A stretch of 64,000 nt of DNA from Vicinamibacterales bacterium (lineage in GTDB: Bacteria; Acidobacteriota; Vicinamibacteria; Vicinamibacterales; UBA8438). The notes under the pieces are model-generated. The model was not told the origin of the DNA, ran no database searches, and was given only the letters and a program-made list of their open reading frames with translations. Both the position numbers and the translations under genes were made by a program. The stretch spans positions 415,077 to 479,076 of the forward strand of contig CBDAVM010000002.1 in assembly GCA_965200895.1 (NCBI GenBank). The letters are read 5' to 3'. Shown one piece after another: positions 37,566 through 43,912 of this stretch. The first letter of the stretch is position 1, and each line of letters opens with the position of its first letter.

Positions 37566-37841
37566 CTAGCAGCACAACTCACACCAGCCGCCGGCGACGT
37601 TCTCGAGCTGTTCCTCGTCGAGCTCGGGCGTTGGCGGCAGGGCGATGTGGGCGTTCTGCATGTCAATCTGATGCACGTGCACCCGCATGCTGTCCGGCAA
37701 CTCCACGCCGAATTCGCGGCTGATGACGGCCTTGGGGTCGGCCACGAACGCCGCCCGGAAGTCGGTATCCTCGCCCGCCCTGTCGACGATCTTCTTCCGG
37801 ATGTCCTCCGCCGTCACCATCATGCTCTCGAAATTCCCCAT
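37566..37841 (-). CDS. NHLP (nitrile-hydratase-like leader peptide) family RiPP precursor; core WCELCC
   Basis: Met 46 of ORF 37566..37976(-). GGAGG lies 6 nt upstream. Leader: MGNFESMMVTAEDIRKKIVDRAGEDTDFRAAFVADPKAVISREFGVELPDSMRVHVHQIDMQNAHIALPPTPELDEEQLENVAGG, followed by WCELCC and the stop. Confidence 0.85.
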   Translation of the reverse strand: MGNFESMMVTAEDIRKKIVDRAGEDTDFRAAFVADPKAVISREFGVELPDSMRVHVHQIDMQNAHIALPPTPELDEEQLENVAGGWCELCC

Positions 37842-37904
37842 CTTCATCCTCCTTGCATGCACGGATGCCAGCCTTGCTTGCACGGAAGGCCAGCTTCCAT
37901 ACCC

Positions 37905-37954
37905 AGTGGTCTCCGAGCGAGACAGATGCGGCGTTCTGCATGCCGACCCCGCAC
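37905..37954. repeat. dispersed repeat R3, copy A (50 bp; about 90% identical to 41681..41730, two compensating 1-nt indels)
   Basis: AGTGGTCTCCGAGCGAGACAGATGCGGCGTTCTGCATGCCGACCCCGCAC. Contains the palindrome GTCTC-CGAGC-GAGAC. Confidence 0.8.
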
Positions 37955-38027
37955 CGAAACCCGACCACCGTACCACGTCTTCCGAACGTCAGGTCGCCCG
38001 CTTCCACGGAAATCGTCCACCCACACC

Positions 38028-38640
38028 CTGCTCGTGACGGTCTGCAACGACTATCTCGACCGCCGCCACGACGACGTCAACCGGCGCCGCATCGCGTCCG
38101 GCGCGCCGTGGATGCTGCTGGCCCCGCGGGGTGAGCGGCCACTGGTCGGACCGGTCTTCCGGCCGGCGGAGCAGGGACCGTGCTGGGCCTGTCTCGTCCA
38201 TCGCCTGCGCGGTCACCGGGAGATCCACGAGTTCGTGCGCAGGCTCGCCGGCGACGACCGCGCGCCGGCGCCGCGGGTGTCCGAGCCGGTCGTCGTGGAC
38301 GCGGTGTACGACCTGGCCGCAGCCGAGATCGCCAAGTGGCTGGTCCTCGACGCGCTGGCGCCGCTGCACGAGAACGTCATCTCGCTGGACGTCCTCGGCC
38401 TGCAGAGCGGGCAGCACGTGACGGTCCGCCGCCCCGCAGTGCCGCGCCTGCGGCGACGAGGCGCTGTATCGCCCCGACCGCCCGCCGGCGCCGGTGCGGT
38501 TGCGGCCGAGTCCCAGGCACGCGCGCAGCAGCGGCGGGGTGCGCTCGGTGCCCCCCGAGGTGACCCTGGCCCGTTACCGGCACCTGATCAGTCCGGTCCC
38601 GCCGGTAACAACCGCTGCGCCACGCCACACCACACCCCGG
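38028..38640 (+). pseudogene. TOMM-type cyclodehydratase (E1-like docking domain fused to YcaO), truncated at 5' and 3' ends and frameshifted
   Basis: Frame of ORF 37548..38678: LLVTVCNDYLDRRHDDVNRRRIASGAPWMLLAPRGERPLVGPVFRPAEQGPCWACLVHRLRGHREI...HVTVRRP. After a 1-nt shift in a C-run (38431..38435) the sequence reads RRPQCRACGDE...GGVRSVPPEVTLARYRHLISPV (frame of ORF 38494..38736). Confidence 0.7.
38234..38368. repeat. dispersed repeat R4, copy A (135 bp inside the cyclodehydratase remnant; 133/135 identical to 63190..63324)
   Basis: CGTGCGCAGGCTCGCCGGCGACGACCGCGCGCCGGCGCCGCGGGTG...GCGCTGGCGCCGCTGCA. Encodes RRLAGDDRAPAPRV(S/A)EPVVVDAVYDLAAAEIAKWLVLDALAPL. Confidence 0.9.
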
Positions 38641-38674
38641 CCCTTCAGATCGGAACCTCCACCGGAAACCGACT

Positions 38675-38707
38675 GTGAACCGACTGTACAGTACAGTCAG
38701 GTTTCAC
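38675..38707 (-). terminator. imperfect 15-17 bp palindrome about 40 nt downstream of the FN3 gene stop
   Basis: GTGAACCGACTGTAC-A-GTACAGTCAGGTTTCAC. The minus strand is followed by AGTCGGTTTCC. Confidence 0.35.
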
Positions 38708-38747
38708 GAATCGATGGCGGTTGCGATCCGCTGTGAACGCGTGGGCC

Positions 38748-41243
38748 TCAGCGTCTTCTCTGTCTGAAACGGGTCCCGGCGATGATCATGAACGCGGCAA
38801 GCACCAACTGTGCGAAGACCGGGAGGGCCGGCACCGGGGCTGCATGCCGGAGAATCTCAGCGTCAGCGGCTCCCACTGTCAACTGAAAATCATCGCTGGC
38901 AGTGCCGCCAGCGGCGTCAGTTGCCGTGATCTCCAGCCCGAGCACGTGTTCGCCCTCCGGGCCCGTAGTCAGCGTCAAAACCTCTCCGGACCAGCCTCCG
39001 GTGACCTTGTTGCGCGCCACGGTGTTGATCGGGCCAGTTCGCACCTGACCGGTGCGGTTGTTCGTCGTGGTAACCATCACGCCGTACGTCACCCCGGAAC
39101 CCGTGAAGTGCTCGCCCATGTCGAGCTCATGCGTCACGCTGTTAGCCAACGACAAATCAGAGAACTCCTGGACCAACGTCGCAGGGTCGTCGCCGTCTCC
39201 CGGGTCGTCGTCGCCGGCGCCGACCGTGAGCTCGAAGCTGTCGCTGGCGGCTCCGACGTTGTTCGACGCTGTGATCTCGAGCGTCAACTCGTGGTCGCCG
39301 GTCGGGCCGGCCGTCAACGTAAGGACGTCCTCGTCCCAAGCGCCGCGCACCTTGTTGCGCGCCACCGTATTGATTGGCGCGGTTCGGACGACGCCCGTCT
39401 GGTTGTGCGTCGTCGTGACGAGGACCGAGTACTCGAGGTTGCTGCCCTTGAAGTACTCCGTCATGTCCAAGTCGTGCATCTGGTCGTGTGCCAGCATCAG
39501 ATCCGGGAACTCGGTCGACACCGTCGCCGGCCCAGGTGTAGCGTGCACTTCGTCCGACCAGCCGCTGTTCGCCTCACCGGTCGTTTCACGGACCCGGAAC
39601 TTGTACTCCTGACCGTCGGTCAGGCCATCTATCAGAGCGGTCGTTCCAGAGACCACCACGCTTTGACTGGTGCTCCAGTCGGCCTCTTCTTCGGCCCAAC
39701 TGACCTCATAGTTCGGATCCGTCGAATCGTCGTCATCTGCAGAAGCCGTCACATCGAGCGATCTCGAAGCGACGTCAAGAGAGCTCGAGGACGAGCCGCA
39801 TCCTGACGAAGCCGCGGCACCCCTCGCTGACGCTGCTTGGGCGCGGAACCCGCTCATCTGGTTTGCCTGCCCTGACACCCAGCAGAGACGCACCTCGTTT
39901 TCCCCCACCACAGGACGGTTTTGGACGGTCGGGATCACGAGTTCGGGCGGTGTCCTTCCCGTCACTTCAACCGGGTCGCTGCAGATGTTGTCCGGCCAGT
40001 AGAGACATGCTTTGACTTGCACGACGTACACGGTGTCTGCGGTCAGTTCGAACATGCGGTACCAGCCCGCGCGTATACTGCCCGACCACTCACTCCAGTC
40101 GGACGCTGTGCTTTCTTTGTATCGTACGTGCGACCAGTGTCCTTCTTCGGTCGTGTTCCAGTCGACCTGGAGCATCGTAGACGCCTGATCCAAATGGCTG
40201 ATTCGCACATTCGTTGGCGCTGGCGGAGGGTCCGGCGGCGGACCCGGTGGAGACCCCGTCGTCGACCCTGTGGCCTCTGACGGCAGGCTGCACGTGTCGT
40301 GTGCGGTGCTCGTGCACGCACCTACCTGGATGTCGTAGCTCGTGCCCGAGATGAGATCGTAGAGGTGGGCTGTCGCTACATTCGAGAAGACGTCGGTGTA
40401 TCCCATCGGCATGTTGTTCTGGTCTGCAGGCCAGCTGTCCGATGTCTCCTTGTATCGGTAGCGCCAGTAGTTGTTTCCGTCGATGTGCCACCAGAACGAC
40501 AGCGACGATGAGCTCGCTCGCGTGAGCTCGAGTCCGGGCGGTGGTGGCACTGTTGACGCTGCCGACCACTTCCAGACGCTGGTCGCGCTGTCGAGGATAG
40601 CGCTGTCGTCCGTTGATGAACGGACGACGGTTCTGACGAACATCCGGTACGCGGTGCGTCGCGACAGTCCCGTGAACTCGTACGGCGCCGCGGTTGTGAA
40701 TCCTTTGCTGTCATCGAGCGGTGCGGTTGCATTCGTGTCGGTGTTGTACCCCACTTGGTACGACACGCTGGATGGCGGTTCTCCTTCGTTCGACCAGCTG
40801 AACCTGATGGATGTATCGCCTCCTCCGACTGGTGATATGCTTTTTACTGGAATCGATGGGATCGCTCCTTCCACAGTGGCAGATACAGCTCCGCAAACGA
40901 TTGGATCGCTATTGTCGCAGTTCTCTGCATAGACCTTGTATCGATATCCTCGCCACGCATTGATCACGTAGACGTCGTCGCTCGTGCTGTCTCTGGTTTG
41001 GTTCTGCCAGTCATCGCTTCCTCGCTGGTACCAGATGCGCACCTTCGGTTGAGGTGCGTCGTCGATCTCAACGCGGAGATCGCCTCTGACGTTCGTGCTG
41101 CTCCCATCCCCGGGTCCGTAAACCCGGGTGATCGTCGGTGCCGGGTAACTCGGTGGTGGTTGTGGTGGTTGTGCCTCGCTGGTGCCCACTGCGGGGACGA
41201 CCAGGAGCAGCGCGCACAGCGTCGTCCGGCCAGTCTTCGACAT
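38748..41243 (-). CDS. large secreted surface protein: FN3-like repeats, two tandem cadherin/Ig-like domains, IPTL/PEP-CTERM-like C-terminal sorting tail
   Basis: Met 91 of ORF 38748..41513(-). GGAGG lies 5 nt upstream. Signal MSKTGRTTLCALLLVVPAVGTSEA. Repeated W..Y.YK/Y.V.V motifs. Two ~105-aa repeats (FPDLMLAHDQMHDLDMTEYF... and FSDLSLANSVTHELDMGEHF...). Tail VPALPVFAQLVLAAFMIIAGTRFRQRRR. Confidence 0.8.
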   Translation of the reverse strand: MSKTGRTTLCALLLVVPAVGTSEAQPPQPPPSYPAPTITRVYGPGDGSSTNVRGDLRVEIDDAPQPKVRIWYQRGSDDWQNQTRDSTSDDVYVINAWRGYRYKVYAENCDNSDPIVCGAVSATVEGAIPSIPVKSISPVGGGDTSIRFSWSNEGEPPSSVSYQVGYNTDTNATAPLDDSKGFTTAAPYEFTGLSRRTAYRMFVRTVVRSSTDDSAILDSATSVWKWSAASTVPPPPGLELTRASSSSLSFWWHIDGNNYWRYRYKETSDSWPADQNNMPMGYTDVFSNVATAHLYDLISGTSYDIQVGACTSTAHDTCSLPSEATGSTTGSPPGPPPDPPPAPTNVRISHLDQASTMLQVDWNTTEEGHWSHVRYKESTASDWSEWSGSIRAGWYRMFELTADTVYVVQVKACLYWPDNICSDPVEVTGRTPPELVIPTVQNRPVVGENEVRLCWVSGQANQMSGFRAQAASARGAAASSGCGSSSSSLDVASRSLDVTASADDDDSTDPNYEVSWAEEEADWSTSQSVVVSGTTALIDGLTDGQEYKFRVRETTGEANSGWSDEVHATPGPATVSTEFPDLMLAHDQMHDLDMTEYFKGSNLEYSVLVTTTHNQTGVVRTAPINTVARNKVRGAWDEDVLTLTAGPTGDHELTLEITASNNVGAASDSFELTVGAGDDDPGDGDDPATLVQEFSDLSLANSVTHELDMGEHFTGSGVTYGVMVTTTNNRTGQVRTGPINTVARNKVTGGWSGEVLTLTTGPEGEHVLGLEITATDAAGGTASDDFQLTVGAADAEILRHAAPVPALPVFAQLVLAAFMIIAGTRFRQRRR
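39754..39805. repeat. dispersed repeat R5, copy B (inside the FN3 gene linker)
   Basis: TCGAGCGATCTCGAAGCGACGTCAAGAGAGCTCGAGGACGAGCCGCATCCTG. Confidence 0.7.
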
Positions 41244-41265
41244 CTTGACCTCCCCAGACCTCATC

Positions 41266-41339
41266 GAGCTCCGCCCCCGTGCTACACCTTGTGAGATCCA
41301 ATCGCGCGCTTCCCGCGATCGGGACGCTCGAACGGCGTC
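41266..41339. repeat. dispersed repeat R1, copy B (starts 22 nt upstream of the FN3 gene start codon)
   Basis: Identical to 34912..34985 except one T/G difference. Confidence 0.9.
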
Positions 41340-41419
41340 CCACCCAAACCCCAACACCATGTGCGCCACACTTGACCAGGGGGCTCGGCGTCCGACCCCT
41401 TCTCGACGCCCTCCAGACC

Positions 41420-41590
41420 AGCAGATCCCGCTCATCGGACCGCTGGCCGAAGTCGCCGCCGGCACGCCGATCGTCTGCGACGCCAACACCGTCGAGCGCA
41501 TGCCGGCGGCCATCGCCGACCGGTTCCGGCCCCGGCCGGACTACCTGCTCACCGTGCGCGGCAACAGCATGAACCGCACCCGCATCGTCG
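41420..41590 (+). pseudogene. LexA/S24-family peptidase, central fragment (second, independent remnant)
   Basis: Within ORF 41182..41685: QIPLIGPLAEVAAGTPIVCDANTVERMPAAIADRFRPRPDYLLTVRGNSMNRTRIV. The homology breaks off right after the GNSM serine motif. Confidence 0.5.
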
Positions 41591-41680
41591 CCGCTGAAGT
41601 GATCGAACATGTCGAGGATTCGCTCGAGCTTTCCGCGCCGAGCTCGGGGAGAGCGGCGGCAACGCGCCCCCTATATACCG

Positions 41681-41730
41681 AGTAGTCTCCGAGCGAGACA
41701 GATGCGGGCGTTCTGCAGGCGACCCCGCAC
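41681..41730. repeat. dispersed repeat R3, copy B
   Basis: AGTAGTCTCCGAGCGAGACAGATGCGGGCGTTCTGCAGGCGACCCCGCAC. Confidence 0.8.
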
Positions 41731-42055
41731 TTTCTGGACGTTCGACCGCGAGGCCAGCGCCATCACGCCGCGCGCATTCAGTGGCGGCGGGGACGGGGCC
41801 TCCATCGATCAGCTCTTCATCACCCACGCCGCGAACGACACGCTGATCGACCGCGCCGCCGAGCCCGGCCGCCTATAGCACCAGGCAGGAGTTCAGCGGC
41901 ATGATCATCGACAACAGCAGCGCCTGAGCGGCGCCACGGCCGCGTCTGAATCCACGGCCTCTGCCCAGTCGCGCTGGCCCGAGCGATACGGTCGCCGCCG
42001 TACCCGCCGTCCCGCATCACCGGTGTAGAATCACCTCAAGGGAGACACGCACGAC

Positions 42056-42421
42056 ATGGCCGACCACACTGCGCCCGCCGCCGAGCACGCAGCCAGCCCC
42101 GCAAAACCGAGACTCTCGGCCGACACCAGGTGGATCGTCACCACCGGCATCGCCCTCGGAGTCCTGCTGGTAGCTCTCACCAGCAGCGCGCTCCTGCTCA
42201 TCAACGCCCGGATCGACGACACCAACAACAACGTGCGCGAGCTCCGCACCGAGATGCACGCGATGCGTGCAGACTTGCAGACCGAGATCCGCGAACGCCA
42301 CGCAGACTTGCAGACCGAGATCCGCGAACGCCACGCAGACATGCAGACCGACATCCGCGAACTCCGCGGCATGTTGCTCCAGCTCCTCGAACGGACTGAA
42401 CCAGCCAGCCCGGTCGACTGA
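42056..42421 (+). CDS. small membrane-anchored coiled-coil protein with 11-residue tandem repeats
   Basis: ORF 42056..42421. TM segment WIVTTGIALGVLLVALTSSALLLI, then ELRTEMHAMR-ADLQTEIRERH-ADLQTEIRERH-ADMQTDIRELR. Weak SD (AAGGGAGA). Confidence 0.55.
   Translation: MADHTAPAAEHAASPAKPRLSADTRWIVTTGIALGVLLVALTSSALLLINARIDDTNNNVRELRTEMHAMRADLQTEIRERHADLQTEIRERHADMQTDIRELRGMLLQLLERTEPASPVD
42269..42367 (+). repeat. 3 x 33-bp tandem repeat (in frame, coding)
   Basis: GCAGACTTGCAGACCGAGATCCGCGAACGCCAC occurs twice perfectly, then GCAGACATGCAGACCGACATCCGCGAACTCCGC. Confidence 0.9.
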
Positions 42422-42427
42422 ACACCC

Positions 42428-42440
42428 GGGGGGGGGGGGG
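42428..42440. repeat. G13 homopolymer
   Basis: ACACCC-GGGGGGGGGGGGG-CCGGGC, 7 nt after the coiled-coil ORF stop. Confidence 0.95.
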
Positions 42441-42498
42441 CCGGGCGCAGCCCGCCACCCGCCTCGCAAATCACGCCCCGTCAGCCGCCCGCACCCGC

Positions 42499-42559
42499 CC
42501 GTTCCACGGGTGCAATCTTGTACAGTGCGTCGTGATCAACCGTCGGTTGAAGTAGGATC
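42499..42559. repeat. dispersed repeat R2, copy B
   Basis: CCGTTCCACGGGTGCAATCTTGTACAGTGCGTCGTGATCAACCGTCGGTTGAAGTAGGATC. Confidence 0.9.
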
Positions 42560-42633
42560 CGTGGGAACGAAACAGGCCAGACGCCGTAAGCCATTGTGTT
42601 TACAGGACTTACGTCAGGGTCAGACGCACCACA

Positions 42634-42804
42634 GAGCGGACGCTCGCCGAATTCGGCGAGCGTCAGGCCACGAAACAGCGTACCCGGCCGACGGGCGAAC
42701 CACTTGTGCACGGCGATGATCGGGCGGTAGTTCTGCTGGATCTGTTTCTCTCGGCGGGCCATCGCCGCAACAAACGCGATGTCGAAGTGGGCCTCGATGG
42801 ACAT
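42634..42804 (-). pseudogene. DUF1156-like putative DNA methylase, N-terminal ~57-residue fragment
   Basis: Start of ORF 42481..42804(-): MSIEAHFDIAFVAAMARREKQIQQNYRPIIAVHKWFARRPGTLFRGL (pattern REK.I....vHkWfARRP). It then runs into repeat R2. Confidence 0.45.
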
Positions 42805-42855
42805 GGCCGTCAGGCTCCTGCCGGCGGCGGAGCGGCGTCCGTGGTCGCCATCGGC

Positions 42856-43767
42856 TCACGCCGTCTCCGGCGTGAACGTCACATCCCCGGCCGCGGTGTC
42901 GCCCGGCGCCAGCACGACGACCCCGGTGTCGGTGCGACCGGCGTCGGCGAGATTGAAGCCGTCGATGCAGTTGGTCGCCGGCTCGACGCAGAAGAAGTCC
43001 CGGCCCGCCGGCGTGTAGACGACGAGGCAGGCGTAGACCGGGTCCGCGTCGATCCGCAGCCGCGCGTTCCACTCGGGCCAGTCGATGACGGCCTGCCCGC
43101 CGAAGCCGACGAAGTTGTTGTCGAGCGTGGTGGTGTCCGGATTCAGGCCGGCGCCGCCGGGCAGGAGCTGCGGGGGCGGTGGCGCGAGGGTGACCGGCAT
43201 GAGCCCGGCGTCGGCTTCCCACATCCGACCGACATCGGCGCGCACGGTGACGCGCGGCGTGCGGATGAAGTACGGATGGAGGCCGAAGCCGACCGGCATC
43301 GGTGCGCTCGCCTCGTTGGTCACCGTGAAGCGGATCCGGAGTCGCGCGTCGGTCAGGTCGAACGCCTGCTGCGCGACGTACGTCCAGGGCCACGAGTCGG
43401 CCGGATGGCGGTATTCCATCGTCAGGGCCGCGTCGGAACTGGAGGTTACGGTCCACGGTTCGCGCCAGGCGTGCCCGTGGATGGCGTGCGGCTCGGGCGG
43501 GAAGTTCTGCGGAAGCTGGATGGTCCGCCCGCGGAAACGGAACGCCGCGTCCCGGATGCGGTTCGAGAACGGCACCATCGGGAAGCTCGACATGCCGCCG
43601 GCCGCGCGGCTGGCGATGGCGTCGGGCGGCGCCGAGCGCAGCCACTCGATGGAGGCGCCGTCGCGGTCCGAGGCGTAGCGGGTGATGGAGCCGCCGACCT
43701 CCGGCGCTACGGCCAGATGCGTCGAACCGGCCCGCAGCTCGATGACTTCCGGCGTGTCCTGGGTCAT
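42856..43767 (-). CDS. aldose 1-epimerase family protein
   Basis: ORF 42856..43767(-). Motifs: FPMVPFSNRI, HAIHGHAWREPW, GFGLHPYF, FCVEP. Confidence 0.85.
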   Translation of the reverse strand: MTQDTPEVIELRAGSTHLAVAPEVGGSITRYASDRDGASIEWLRSAPPDAIASRAAGGMSSFPMVPFSNRIRDAAFRFRGRTIQLPQNFPPEPHAIHGHAWREPWTVTSSSDAALTMEYRHPADSWPWTYVAQQAFDLTDARLRIRFTVTNEASAPMPVGFGLHPYFIRTPRVTVRADVGRMWEADAGLMPVTLAPPPPQLLPGGAGLNPDTTTLDNNFVGFGGQAVIDWPEWNARLRIDADPVYACLVVYTPAGRDFFCVEPATNCIDGFNLADAGRTDTGVVVLAPGDTAAGDVTFTPETA

Positions 43768-43912
43768 GGACGGGATCGTAGCCCGACAATGGCCGCCCGC
43801 GGCTCCGATCGCCGCCCGAATCGCGGCCGCCGACGGCGATGACGATGTCGATGAGGCTCCCGCTCCGGCCGTTCGGCTGCAGCACGGAGACGGCTCACGG
43901 CCGGATTCGTCC

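Larger units (their letters stand above)
33549..42804. mobile_element. decayed mosaic genomic island: remnants of integrase, DNA methylases, LexA/S24 repressors and Uma2 nuclease, plus intact cargo genes
   Basis: A run of truncated or frameshifted mobile-DNA genes, five dispersed repeat families, and visibly more AT-containing stretches than the flanks. It interrupts a GDH / aldose-epimerase neighbourhood. Confidence 0.6.

Noticed and set aside
38234-38368. R4 pair as the template/variable repeat of a diversity-generating retroelement
   Set aside because: There are only two differences (T/G and G/C), neither at an adenine. No reverse transcriptase is present in the window, and the second copy is not inside an ORF.
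41609-41878. ORF 41609..41878(+) and other short ORFs between R1 copy B and the coiled-coil gene as real genes
   Set aside because: They are Arg-rich, have no SD, and span repeat R3 and a junction of unrelated fragments. They are most likely non-coding debris of the LexA-like module.
42269-42367. 33-bp direct repeats as a small CRISPR array
   Set aside because: The units are contiguous with no spacers. They are in frame within a coiled-coil ORF, and there are no cas genes nearby.
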